Of a stretch of DNA of 64,000 nucleotides, positions 37,436 to 50,260 are shown piece by piece (position 1 is the first letter of the stretch; every line of letters starts with the position of its first letter). Source of the stretch: Lama guanicoe (Eukaryota). The notes under the pieces are model-generated. The model was not told the origin of the DNA. It did no database searches and saw only the letters and a list, made by a program, of their open reading frames with translations. The stretch is from NCBI GenBank assembly GCA_013239625.1, contig MU053758.1, positions 1,364,001 through 1,428,000 on the forward strand. Reading direction: 5' to 3'. The translations under genes were made by a program, and so were the position numbers.

Positions 37436-38574
37436 CTAGAAGATAAATACAAACAATGAAAATCTAAAATGTTTACATTTTCATTTTCCAAAACAAACCA
37501 GAAATTTTATATAAATCTTGCCATTGCATCATTGACCAATTCTGTGGTTCTTTCAGGTTCAGGAATCAGTGGGCCAAATTAATGTCCCCCTTGCCTCCCC
37601 ATTAAGTGAACTCTATTACAAAAACTGATCTTATGTTCTACGATGTTCTTAATTGTCCCAATTTATTTATTTTTTTAAAGTTACAATAAGCAAAAGACAA
37701 ATAGGTGAGCTGAAACAAAACACAAACAAATGGAAACATAGTCAAGATCATTACTAAACAATCATTCACAAATTTAAAACTATTATACCCATTCAAATAA
37801 CAAAAGTTAAAAAATACTCAATCCTGATGAGGCTGACGTAAAACCCATATGGTCAAACAGCTCTGGTGATAGAATAAGCAAAACAACAGTACAACGTGGT
37901 ACATACTATAATGGGGGCATGAACAGATGAAAAGCACTTATAGGAAAATCCAAAGAATAAAGGCTTCACAAGAGTTGGTTTTTGGTCTGCATCTGGAGGA
38001 AGAGTTATTCATTAGACAGACAGAGGGGAAAAAGGCACTCCAGGTAGACCATAAGTGGTCGATGTACAAAGAGGAAAGTGTAAAAGGCAGAAAATATCAA
38101 CAACAGCAATATGTTCAATTAGCTGAAGACAAAGGCACATATGTCGGAATAACAGGCAACGAGGCTAACAATGTAGGCAGGGGCTGACGTGTTTAAGACT
38201 GTATGCCTTACAAAGATGTACAGACTTTATTGTGAAGGGAATGTGGCATCTCAAGTGTTTTTAATCAATAGGGTGTTGCAATTAGATATTCATTTTAGAA
38301 AGATAACCCTACCTAGCCTCAGAGTGAGAGATGAAACTGAATAGAGTGGGACAAGGCAAGTAGGGAGTCAGAAGACAACTGTAGAATTCCAGTGGAGAGA
38401 TCATGAAGGCATGAATTGACGGAGGGGCAAGAGAACCAACAGAGGGCACTAAAACTACCGCAAGAGGATAAAAACCATGCATGGCAACTGAAATGTATTT
38501 AACTGCCAACTGTCTTTCACAAATAACAAAAACAAACCAAAAAACAGTTACACGGTATATATTCTGTACCAGTT

Positions 38575-38732
38575 ACCCTTTGGTAGGCTAAAGTATGGCC
38601 CATGAATCAGTAGCACTGGCTTCACCTGGGAGTTTATTAGAACTACAGACTCTTGTGCCCCACCCCACACATACTGAATGAGAAACATTTTAATAGACAT
38701 CAGGTGATTAGTTGTACATTAAAGAAGCACAA
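38575..38732. mobile_element. MER5A-like hAT MITE
   Basis: tcacctgggagtttattagaa...ccccaccccacacatactgaatgagaaac...caggtgatt. Confidence 0.6.
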
Positions 38733-39530
38733 GGTTCTTTCCTCATGTATTATATACATGCATGCCAAAGTCTCATAAAGCTTGTAAGGGTACATTTTTC
38801 TGTAGCCCTGCTTTAAGGAACAGAAAGCATCTCTATTTTACAATCTAAGATGGAAATTTACAAGGGGTGGCAAGAGGAGTCAAGGCTAAAAATCATGTCC
38901 TGAACAGAGAGGCAAATAACTGTATTTTTAACACACAGGTCACAAACCTAAGGACAAGCCAACGGCCAACCCTCTCTGAACTTTTATCATTCTATTAGAC
39001 ACTAATGACATCACACAAATCTTTTTGTTTTTTAAATTATTCTTGTTCACTAAAGAACTTAACTTCATATTTAATCAACTGTTACACCTTTATTCTTCCA
39101 TTTGACTCTGATATCCAACAAATTAGACACCATCATAAAATCTTAAGAATTTATTTCATTGAAAATCGATAGTTCCACAAGTTCACTCCTAAAAATGGTT
39201 CATTGGCAGCTATTTTAATAGCCAATGGTCAATTGAGGGCAATAAAACCACAAATCACCAAAAAGAACAAGCTCTGATAAGGTAAACAGAACTATTCAGA
39301 CGCTTTAAAGTGGCAAAACATTGAGCTGTGGCAAGGAGACTACTGGAGAACAACCAAAAGGATAATGGGTCCTGATTATGTTGATCTATGACATAACACA
39401 TGTCTTCAGATAAGTCGCTTTATTTCCTATCCATCACATGGAAAATTAAATATTTTGAGAAAAATAAAATGTCACACTCTGGATAGTATGCCAACACTTT
39501 CCATTTCTATCTCAAGCTATTAAAGATTAC

Positions 39531-39591
39531 CTGTGGCAGCATTCTTTTGTTGGAACTTGGTTAAATACATGTTCATTCCTTTCTTAAAGTC
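39531..39591 (-). CDS. NPEPPS: NPEPPS exon 12 (61 nt)
   Basis: tcag|GACTTT...ACAG|gtaatc; DFKKGMNMYLTKFQQKNAAT. Confidence 0.95.
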
Positions 39592-39989
39592 CTGAGAAAA
39601 CACAAGTTTTAAAATCCAGGATAGTCAAAACTCAGAATAAGAGGTTATTTGCATATTAGTACTCAAAAACTAATTTACTCAAATTACTTGTGTGTTAGAT
39701 TTACTAAAATACATATATTCCTCTAATGTCTGCTGCCTTTTGTTTAAGAATGCATACTTTTGCCTTCTACTTTTGCTTTTAAGTTTTATACCAGACTTCT
39801 ACGAACCCCTAAACATGTTTGCAAGATCATTCATCTAAGAGACCACAACAGTTAACATAAAAATAAATAAAGACAAACCAGAGTAATATCCTTCAAGATT
39901 CTAAAAAAGCTACTTAGGAACTTAATCTGAATAAAATCAAACTTTTTCTTCATGCAAAACTCTAGATTTTAAAAATTGCTTCTTTTTAC

Positions 39990-40094
39990 CTTATCCCCAA
40001 TGTAGTCATGTAGCATTCGGATGACAGATGCACCTTTGCTATATGATATAGCGTCAAATATCTCATCAACTTCAGACGGATGGCCCACACTGAC
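39990..40094 (-). CDS. NPEPPS: NPEPPS exon 11 (105 nt)
   Basis: gccag|GTCAGT...GATAAG|gtaaaa; VSVGHPSEVDEIFDAISYSKGASVIRMLHDYIGDK. Confidence 0.96.
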
Positions 40095-40865
40095 CTGGCA
40101 GACAGTGTGATTCAGGGTTATGACAGGAAGCAGACAGCCTGTAATACTGAATTACATAAAAAGCTTTCTAGGAAAACCCTTCTAACTCATAAGATACTTT
40201 CTGCCTTTAGGTGACTCATAATGTATAATGATGATCATTAAAAAGGGTGTAATAACTAACACTAATAAAACAGAATATATAACATGATGCCCATCATTTC
40301 TTAGGGCTTGGGTTCCAGTCTTGGCTCTGCTTTGCTGGGACGCAAGTCACTATCGATCTGTTTGGGGATAGGGAGGTGAGGGTGAGGAAGGGAGAGATGA
40401 AAAACATTTGACTTACATTTGACTTCTTGCCTTAATTGTAATGGCTTACAATTATATAGGACCCTGGTTAAATATGTCAAAATAGACTATAAGTCTAGTT
40501 CTTTGAAGGCAAAATTTATACATATAAAGTAGCTGAAATAAGGATAGGCTAAGTCAAAACAATTAAAGTATATACAGAAACAGACAATGACAATAAAAGA
40601 GTACGTTCAGAATTTTCTTTGAAACAAATAGAATCATAATATTTATTACCCAACAGACATGGTTCTCCCATACTATTCAATAAAAATCTATTTAGTGAAT
40701 GCTTTTGCTTCTACAAAGATCACAGATGTTTTAAAAGAAACATAATTAGAACTTAGTCTTGCTAGATTTTCAAGAACAGAAATATGAACTATAAAAGCAA
40801 ATGACATCACCCATGCAATTTTCTTTTCAGAGTCCTAAGTATCTCTATAAAAAATTAGTTATTTC

Positions 40866-40940
40866 CTTTGCTGTACACCTAAAACTAATACAATATTGTA
40901 AATCAACTATACTTCAATGTAAGAAGAAGTATTTGAAGAA
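40866..40940 (+). mobile_element. 75-bp extreme 3' end of L1 with TSD
   Basis: gctgtacacctaaaactaatacaatattgtaaatcaactatacttcaat; TSD aaaaatta(g/c)ttatttc at 40850-40865 and 40941-40956. Confidence 0.85.
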
Positions 40941-41001
40941 AAAAATTACTTATTTCATTGAAAATGAGAGAAAAGGCCAATGAATGAAAATTAAGTCTCA
41001 C

Positions 41002-41166
41002 TTCAATAGGATGGCTGTTATCTAAGGCGTCAAGCTCCTGGGCACGGGTGTAATCAGCAGAAACAAACTGAGTCCAGATATCATACTCTGGGAAGCAGTG
41101 GTCTACACACAGATATTCAATCCATGATGCAAAGCCTTCGTTTAACCAAAGATGAGTCCACCATTC
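41002..41166 (-). CDS. NPEPPS: NPEPPS exon 10 (165 nt), third zinc ligand (NEGFA)
   Basis: ttag|GAATGG...ATTGAA|gtgaga; EWWTHLWLNEGFASWIEYL...DNSHPIE. Confidence 0.97.
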
Positions 41167-43230
41167 CTAAAGACAAAAGATGGAAATACGTAAAGAAAAC
41201 AAAACACTTGTCATTACACTAATTTGAAAAACTTCTATGTCCCTTCCACTATACGCTAAAACTCTTAATGAACTAAAATTCAGTTCCGAACACTGAGTAA
41301 ATAACTCACATCTCTGAATAAAAGAGATGCCAACAAAGGCCAACTGGTGACACTAGCATTATCACCATTGCTAAGTAACTTTTTAGTACTAAAGGTAGAA
41401 AAGGAGGAAGAAGTAGGGGGATGAAAAACACCCCAGTATGGAAAAGGAGAAGAGAGTGGATAAATGTAGGCAAGAGCCTACACTGTCATATAAAATTTAG
41501 TTCAATAAAGATTTCCCTTAAAAAAAAAAAAAAACACTAGAAAGCTACCAGGACCAAACAAGGAAAACTTGAAACTATTTCCATGACTGGGAAAAATCAT
41601 TGTTGACTGACAAGTTAAATTTTCTAGATAAACAGAAAAGCAGTTCTGCTTATATAAGGATTATGTAAAATTAACAGAAATGTCATGGCAGTAAGTAGTT
41701 CAGTAATGAATGGTGTTTAAACATTTATGGAATAGAAAATTCTCACTTGTTAATAAGAATTAATAGAGGAGTGGACAAAGAATATAATGGGCCACAAATA
41801 AAATCAACTTTTTAAAAAAGAAATCAACTTTTTTGAAAGAGATTTCAATCTAATTTTCATTAAAGTTGATTAAATCTCTTATGAAGAGAAAGTAATACTT
41901 TATAAATTTCAGATAGATGCTAAAGGATTAATGCAATGGTGAAAAACAAAAGGGTATTTTCAAGTTCTTAGAGAATCAAATATTTTCAGTATTAAATGAT
42001 AAATGGCTATTTGTCTATGTGCACTTACTTAACTAACAGCCTCCACTAGGATAAGGTGGTACAAAGCTAGTTATTTTCTACCTATCTCTAAGCCCTTGAA
42101 TTTCAGTTAAAGAAACAACTGACACCTAATAACTACAAGTTACTCAAATCCAGTAAAAAGTTATTTAAAAGCAAAATGAGAATGTGCCTATTTCCCCTAC
42201 TAAAATTTATTGCTAGTTAAAAAATTGGTAGCAACAAACTTGCTGCATTAGGAGAAAAAAACATTTCTGTACACATTTGAATACTGGTACTAGTATACTT
42301 AATTCCACATAGAATTACATTAAAAAAATTTTTTACCCCTAAGTAAAATTTAAACATCTAAAGCAAAAAGTAAAGGATTTATGTTCAAGGGCTAATTTTT
42401 CTCTAGAAACTCTCTCAGACGTGTAATAGTTGCTAAATGTTTTACTTTTTTATTTCTGTGATATGCAAGACTTTTTTATTAAAGTAACATCCAAGTTGGG
42501 CTCTGCTCTTTGGGGAATGCCATCAGGGAATTTGGCTGGCTCTAGAATCTCCAGTTCTTTGTAGAGGTATTTCTAGTTCACTTTTAAACCCTGTGCTCTA
42601 ACATAGTTGGCTGCTATAGATAGTACTTATTTAGAGTAAGAGGGAAAGGTCAAGACTAGAGGACACTGCAAACACTACAGTAAACAAGGACTTCAAAAGG
42701 ACAATTAGAAATTTCAATACACTTCACAGTTATTCAGTAGTTTCTTTGCTTTTATTTCTGTCAAATTTCAACTTAACATTTTAGGCAATGAAGAAAATGA
42801 CCCCTAACACATCTTTACCTAATCAAAAATAGTTTGTTATTTATCAGGTTACTTTACAGCCGGTGAACCACATAATATATATGATCCAAGAAACTACAGT
42901 TAGCCCAGAATCCAACTGCATGGAATCTCTCTACCCAAGCGAAATCTCTTTCTTTTACCCAAATTAGTATCATGACTTCCCCCATTTGCAGAAGTATTTA
43001 AAACAGTGTAGGAAGTATTTTCTGTTGACTAAAGACTGTCTACATGCTCTTGATCAACATGGATATTCTGATAAACACTTTTCAAAGTGGACCTTTTAAA
43101 ATAAAGTTTTTCCATCAAAAAATTACTTTTTTGGCACACTGTTCCAGCCAAACCTGAAATACTATGTAGCCAAAATATGGTGCAGCAAGATGAAGATAAA
43201 TATATTTGAGCACTTAAAAATATTAAATAC

Positions 43231-43345
43231 CATAGTAACAAGATTTCCAAACCATTGATGGGCGAGTTCATGTCCCACAACCAGAGCAACCCACTGGCGT
43301 GATGAAGAACAGGAGTTTTTTGGATCAATAAGCAATGCAGTCTCC
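43231..43345 (-). CDS. NPEPPS: NPEPPS exon 9 (115 nt), HEXXH zinc motif
   Basis: cacag|GGAGAC...ACTATG|gtattt; [38 protein letters not shown]. Confidence 0.97.
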
Positions 43346-44183
43346 CTGTGTTTAAAAAAAAAATTTTTTTAATAAAAGTGTTGCAATAAAAGCAGGCATG
43401 CATAAGTGAGGATAAACAGTAAATAAGATGGTCAAGTTAGGCTTTAGGGATGTCAAGAAAACATTTCCTTAGGGTACACAGGATAGAAAAGTTCCAAGAA
43501 GATTAAAGACTACTCCAACAGAATTCATACAACAGAAGACCAAAGATGCGACATAAGTTTAAGTATCAGTTTGTTTATAGCTGTCTGAAATTTTAGAAAA
43601 ATTTTTTTCTAAGGAATTAGGGATTATTGTGCAAGACAGAGAAGACAGTCTTTCCATTAAAAGAAAGGGAGCAGCAAATGGGGGAAAGATGCATTCCACA
43701 GTCCCCAATAGAACACTGAGCATGCTGTCCGAAACTTGACTCACTGAAGAAGGCAATTGAAAGTAGAAGGCAAAAACTTGTTTATAGATGCTGCTTTTAA
43801 AATTATACAACCCACATGTTTGTATTGTGATGAAAGACATGTAAAAACTTGGCTAAAAGATTATTAAATCAGGGAAGGTTCTTCAAGCTGGATATGGAAC
43901 TATGGAACTACTGGGAGGAAGAGAAGGCACTGAAATGAGAAACAGCCAAAAATACATCTACAAATGTTACTAATGCCAGATGCTCACTTTAAAATCTTAC
44001 ACTCTCCGACAGTAGCAACAGAGGGTGTCCATCTGCATTCCTAAAATGTTCATGGAAGTGGGAGGAGGTACTAAAATTTATGGCAGATCATAAAGCAGAA
44101 GCTACTCAACTGTACTTAGGAATGAAGCTCTCATGAAATCAGTGATTTAAAAGGTAAGGCAGGGTAATAGATCATTAACATAC

Positions 44184-44217
44184 CTATAAGTAACAAGGCC
44201 CCAGTTCTCCATGGCAC
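44184..44217 (-). CDS. NPEPPS: NPEPPS exon 8 (34 nt), GAMEN exopeptidase motif
   Basis: aag|GTGCCATGGAGAAC...TATAG|gtatgt; (G)AMENWGLVTY(R); follows a 111-nt intron. Confidence 0.96.
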
Positions 44218-44328
44218 CTTCATAAAATAAATATAAACATTTATTGATATGTATAAATATATCTTCTTCAAAATCATAAAATTCAAAAAAGTTATTACAG
44301 TTCATCAATAAAATGAAATTTACTTTAC

Positions 44329-44425
44329 CAGCTGCAAAGTCTGCAATAGCAATGAGATCAATTTTAGGTAGAGGATAAGGAACATTGAAGTAGTCCTTAT
44401 AAAAAGGCAGGGTTTTAGCAGCAAC
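44329..44425 (-). CDS. NPEPPS: NPEPPS exon 7 (97 nt)
   Basis: tatag|GTTGCT...GCTG|gtaaag; VAAKTLPFYKDYFNVPYPLPKIDLIAIADFAA. Confidence 0.96.
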
Positions 44426-44874
44426 CTATAAAAGCATAAAGAAAAGAACCATCTGATAAATATTTTACTGTAATTCATATAGAAATCCACAAAGGAATCC
44501 GTTGCAAGCCAAATATCTCAAGTTACTAGAAATCAATCCTGGGGAGCCCCATTTCCAAAGACTGCCTTAGTCCTAAGCTTTATATACGTCAGCCAAACCT
44601 TAATCCATTTATAACTCAGTATGAAAAGTATAATCACATATTTTCCCACCTACTCTCTGGATAAACAAATTCTACTCTAGTATTTTCTGAATCACTATCT
44701 TGTAAAATATTAATACAACACAAAAGTTCCAAGATTCTACTAAAAGTAAAATCAAAGGTAGCATAACAAATTTCAGATTAAATTATAATAATTGCACTAA
44801 TAATTGATCAGAAATGTAAATTCCCCAACCTGAAGTTATGGACTGTTGGAACAATCCTCTTCAAGTACATTTAC

Positions 44875-45075
44875 CTCTAACGCAAATTTTCCTTGCTCTG
44901 CTTTGCCAACAGGGGTGTAAACACGGACACACACACCATCTTTTGACCTTGTTTCTACAAAGTCATATTCACCCACAACAAATGCCACCAGATATGTAGA
45001 CATGACAGGTGTGCGAGCAAACTTCACTTCCACTACATTTTCATCATCAGGGTATGGTTTTCGCTCAATTACATT
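44875..45075 (-). CDS. NPEPPS: NPEPPS exon 6 (201 nt)
   Basis: ttaag|AATGTA...TTAGAG|gtaaat; NVIERKPYPDDENVVEVKFARTPVMSTYL...GKFALE; lies inside ORF 44836..45144. Confidence 0.97.
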
Positions 45076-46343
45076 CTTAAAAAAGAAAAGAAAAGAAAAG
45101 AAAAAATTTAAACACACTGACATTAAACACCTTAGAGCAATCATTAGCCAAAAACTGTAGGCTTTGTTGCCTTTCCTACCCCCTTTCCAGCATTGCTTAC
45201 TTCTCTATCCCAATTCATCCAGTGCTTTTTTGTAGTCAAGACCTTAACTATTAAGAAGGAAAGTGATCTGATAAAGCATTCACACTAAGAAGTTGGAGCC
45301 TAAAGTGTTAAAACTACCAAGGATTTACAAGAGAAAAGAAGCAACTTTTCCTGAATACCTATTAATATGCCAGGTACTGGGATGTTTTAAGTAAGATCTC
45401 AGTACTCTTCAAGTGAACTAAGAATAGGAGACAACAAATATTAATGAAAATAAAATATAATCGTGGAATCAGGCACTTCAAAGGGTACAGATTTCTAGAT
45501 TTAGAGCATTCTCTGTACCAAGGCTGGCTCTAAGCAAATTCATGACAAAGTCTCCGCTTTACCTTTGGAGTCCCTAATTTCCCTTTGGTGTTCTCCCTAT
45601 TTTTCCTATTCAGGCTCTCAGTTTCCTTAAGTTCTCCCTGTTCTTTCTTCCAAGTGAGACTTATCCAAGAACTGATCTGATAAACTCATTCATACTAAAT
45701 TGTAAACAAACATTTATTTCAGTTTGAAATATAAGCCTCCTCTCTAAGAATATTTAAGAAGCGAATCTACGGAATTCTCTCCACCAATAAAGGAGGCAAA
45801 AGTCAGTTATTTTCAGGTACAGCAGGCATTCCAAGTTCCCTAGATTCATATTATAGGCCACAGGGCACTTTATGTCTTAAATAAGGCAGTCTTAGACAGT
45901 ACACGTCAAGTAGTGAATGTTTACCCTTATGGACGAGGATCAACGACAACAGTGAAGGGAGCATATTCCAATAATATAATCAGCCAAAAACCTAAATTCA
46001 CTTCATTATGTGGCTATATTTTTTGGTGTTTAATAAGAATATCAGATTTTTTTTTCTTTCAGGTTATATTTGTTAGATTCATTGCTTATTTAGGTTTCCA
46101 AATTAAAGGAAGTAGATAATCTTGTTAATACAGTTTACAAGGAATTTCTTCCAGGAGAAGAGAAACTCCCCAAATAAGGCAATAAAGAAAAAGAGGGCTT
46201 ATGGAATAGAGAAAACTAGCATTTGTGTCCCTGTTATGTGTCAAGCACTGTGCTGGGTGGTTTCATGCCATCCCATCTAATCAGCAAACCAAATATACTA
46301 AAGCTTATTCAAAATATAAATATATGCACAAGCACATACATAC

Positions 46344-46451
46344 CATGTTTGATAAAGCTACTCTGTCTTTAGGAACAACCAATGAGATATCAAAAGTTGC
46401 TTTGATGGCAGGCTCATCCCAGCAAGGAAAAGCTCTCCGGGCATCAGTAGC
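46344..46451 (-). CDS. NPEPPS: NPEPPS exon 5 (108 nt)
   Basis: taag|GCTACT...AACATG|gtatgt; [36 protein letters not shown]. Confidence 0.96.
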
Positions 46452-47873
46452 CTTAAGAATAAGAAATACAGAGTATCACTGAATTAACCTACCAGAATAT
46501 TTCATGAAGTAGCATCCATTTCTTTCTATCATTCATTCATTCCCTTGTTCAAATATTTACTTTCTACTCAGTGCCAGGCAATAAGCTAGGCACTGACTAC
46601 AAAGAAAACACAAGGCTTACTCTCACTGCCACATCAGCAATTATCCAGGAACTAGGTCTGCTACAGAGCTTAACAATCTATAGTATTAGAATAACTGACA
46701 ATTATATTTTTGTTTTTAATGAAACATTTCAATATTTCAAATTTAATGCAAATAGCTTCATTTATAGTGTTAATACAACACAGAGCATAGGAAGGTCACC
46801 AAGTATACTACTATAAGGATTCAGAGTTGAGAAAATATGACTGGTTGCCTTTCTGGCTTTTATTTCAAAAATAAAAATGAAAATATTTTCAGAATCTTTG
46901 ATATGCTTTGTTCTTTATCCATAATGGTAGCAATAGGAATAAAGACAGATGCTCTATCAATTCCAAACAGGTCATTTGTTTAAATGGCATTTCCATATAC
47001 TACATATAAAACTGTCACCACTTGACCTACGTATTTTAAGAGACCTCATTCTTTCTTTAAAAAGAAAAAAAGAGCAAACTTGTTGAAGCACAATAAAATT
47101 TAGTAGTGCAGCAGAATATCAGTTATAAAAGAATCTTTAAAAAAACAGAAATAGAACCACTGACAAGATTCTGTATCTTAAAAAGAAGTAAAAAGTATGA
47201 AGAAGTAGAGGAAGCATGTACTTCTGAAAAAGGATTTCTCCAAGAAAAAATGTTAGACAGCTGACTGCACTCTCAAAATAATTAAATAAATTATTAATTC
47301 TGTTAAAGAATAAATAAGACATTTGGAAAAGTAAGCAGAGTATAAGGGAAAATATGGGAGCACAGAAAAATTTAAATTAGGAGCAGCAGCAGCAGCGGAC
47401 AAATGAATTTATACCAGAGGAAATTAAATGAATGACACAAATAACAAGATTTAAGTTTCTAAAATATCCAGTGGACAAAGTGATAAAAGCAATTAAAGGT
47501 ACATTTGGGGGACAGACACTAGAGCTAAACCTATTACTAACTGATGTTCTTGAAGAAGAGATCAGAACAGAAATCACAATGAAGATGCAATAGAAGAAAA
47601 TACAGCTACACCGAAGACCTAAATCTGAATATCAACAGGGCTCACCAACTGCTAAAAGTTAATGAAAAGAGAACACTTGGTGAAATTTTTTAATTTTTAT
47701 GTACAAAGAAACTGTTGAACAAGCAACCAGGAAGAAAATAAAGCAAAATTTTAAAATGTGCTACCCTACAAAGGGAGAAGAAACATTCTAGTCTGACTTC
47801 TCCCACTTGACAAAATGAAACGTGAATGACTCGATATTTAGGCACCTTTGAAAGAGAAAAATTATAAGTCAAC

Positions 47874-48560
47874 TGTACCACTCTTATCATTGAAAAGCTG
47901 GGCTTATTACTCATTTTAGCAAGGGAAAACTCACATCAAAGGGAACAGAACCACAGGGTATCTCTTTAAGAGTGTAAGAAAGAACCTATTATGTGATTTG
48001 GCTGAATGATTTGGGGGAGAATTTAAGGAAGAAAAGATTCACTCTGTTTGTTTTTGCTTGTTTGTTTGTTTTTGGTGGGGGGGGTAACTGTTGTTCTTTT
48101 AACAGAGGTACCGAGGATTGAACCCAGGACCTCGTGCATGCTAAGCACACACTCTACCTCTGAGCTGTACCTGACCCCGGAAAGATTCACTCTGGAAAAA
48201 AAAAGATTCACTCTAAGTTGGGTGCTGTCAGAAAGTGGAGGCAATTTTATAAGTATCTCAATAAATCTTATCTATAGACAGGGCAGACTACAGTGAACCT
48301 AAAACTGCAATTGGTAAAGTAGTAGCAGTCACTCATTTTAACCAAAAGGGGGAGTTGTTTGCCTTTTGTGACCTTGTTTTTGCTTGGATGAAATTATGAA
48401 GTGCCCTTGTTTTGTTTCACTTTATCATGGTCTCGGAGTAGTAACCTTGTCTGATGTTGGTATTCTATGATACTATTTATGTCCAATAAGAAGATAACAT
48501 GGGCTAGCTGTGAGTGCTAGGACTTCTGGATGTCAAGGGCTGTTCTTTATTATATGCTCA
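47874..48560. mobile_element. Probable solo LTR inside old L1M sequence, itself carrying a SINE
   Basis: tg...ca bounded block that interrupts A-rich L1 ORF1-like sequence; family not identified. Confidence 0.45.
48047..48180 (-). mobile_element. tRNA-Ala-derived SINE
   Basis: TSD aaagattcactctg at 48033-48046 and 48181-48194. Confidence 0.9.
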
Positions 48561-49131
48561 GTAAAAACTGGTCATGTATAAAGGCATATTTTTGGATGTG
48601 CAAAAAGACTCAAGAAGTATACTCCCCACATATCCGCCCTTAAAAAAAAAATCACTTGGAGACACACTCCAGCTAACTACTCCAGGATGAACAAGTGCTC
48701 AAAACGGCTAGAGATAAACACTGGAATCACACACACACACATGTAACAAAATTATATCCAGCTAGATAGATCCATATATATCTATATATCTCTGTAATAG
48801 CTGCATAACATACATAGAGGTAACAAAATGTCAATACCTGAATTGCTTTTATACTTTGTACCTTTCTTAATTTGTATTATCCTCTTGGGAGATGACACCT
48901 GTGGCTTTTTCTACTAAATTAACAGTAATGCTGCTATAAATAAAGTCATTCCCTAGCCCAAACCCCTAATTCTCTCCCTTCTATAACTGAGATAACTGGC
49001 TGAATATAAAATAAAAATTCCAAAATCATTAATATAATTATGGCCTAGCCTCAAATAATCACACAAATAATAGAACAGACCTTTGTCAGAATGTCTAATT
49101 TAAGATCATAATATTTTAGAGAATAACATAC

Positions 49132-49253
49132 CTCAAACTGTGTGACAGCAGCATAGCGCACCTCTCCAGAAGGGGTAGTATATTTACTTCTATAGAAACC
49201 TTTCATTTTGTCATTCAGCTCCCCAACAAAATCTATCTTTAAGGTTCCTGTAC
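49132..49253 (-). CDS. NPEPPS: NPEPPS exon 4 (122 nt)
   Basis: cacag|GTACAG...TTTGAG|gtatgt; (G)TGTLKIDFVGELNDKMKGFYRSKYTTPSGEVRYAAVTQFE. Confidence 0.96.
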
Positions 49254-50074
49254 CTGTGATTAAAGATAAATGAAAACACTTTTATGAAGATGTTAAGTAC
49301 AAGTTATCAAAAATATGTCCTTAAGACATTAATTCAGCTGGCTATTTACAATGTTCAAATCATTCCTTCCTTTCTCAAATACTCCTGGCAATGGAGAGAA
49401 TATAGTATTCACTAAAGTAAATGGCAGACTGATCTTAAAGTTAATCTTAAAGTCATGTTTTATGGTGACTGCTTAGACAGTACTTTAATTTTACTAACTT
49501 AGTCTCAAATTACCAATACATGAAGATAAAAGCAGGAAAAGAAATGAGCATTTATTATTAAATGCCTGACAAGCTACTGTGCATTGGTGCTTTGAAAACA
49601 TTTAGTTGGAGTAAGTACTGTCTCCATTTTTCCAGATGAAGAACCTGAGCCTGAAAAGTTAAATAACTTGCCCAAGGTCACACAATTACTAACAAGAATG
49701 AGATAAAAACTTAGGTCTGTTTAATCCAAAGTTTATGTTCTCTACCAATTATGCTATACAAATTGGTCCTTTTGGATGACTTCATGCCAATTATTCTATC
49801 ATTAAGACAAGACACAGATTTTTCAATCCAAATGGAACACTGATTCCATACTTTAGTTAAGGAACTATAGGAATAACCAATGATTTGATCAGCAAAAGGG
49901 CATAAAATAAACTTTTATAGTCACCTCAGTCATTTGAAATCTGATAATATTAAAGAAATACATTTAATAAATAATTATTAAATGTAAATAAAAATGCAAC
50001 CTGAATACATATTCTATGGTTATATAAGAGCAAAATCAATTTAGATAAAATGGGAGTTTTTATGAGTATATATA

Positions 50075-50260
50075 CAGCTGACCCTTGAACAATACGAGTT
50101 AATACACCTATAACTCGTACTGGGCCCTGTATCTGCAGTGCCTTCACATTCCCAGATTCAACCCATCTTGGATTGTGTGGTACTGTACTATTTACTATAA
50201 AAATATCTGAGTATAAGTGGGCCTGTGCAGCTCAAACCTGTGTTGTTTGAGCATCAACTG
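50075..50260. mobile_element. TcMar-Tigger MITE
   Basis: TA|cagctgacccttgaacaa...ttgtttgagcatcaactg|TA; imperfect terminal inverted repeats with TA TSD. Confidence 0.82.

Noticed and set aside
43625..43775. Possible intronic H/ACA snoRNA
   Set aside because: An ACA is present, but I found no convincing H box or two-hairpin fold by eye.
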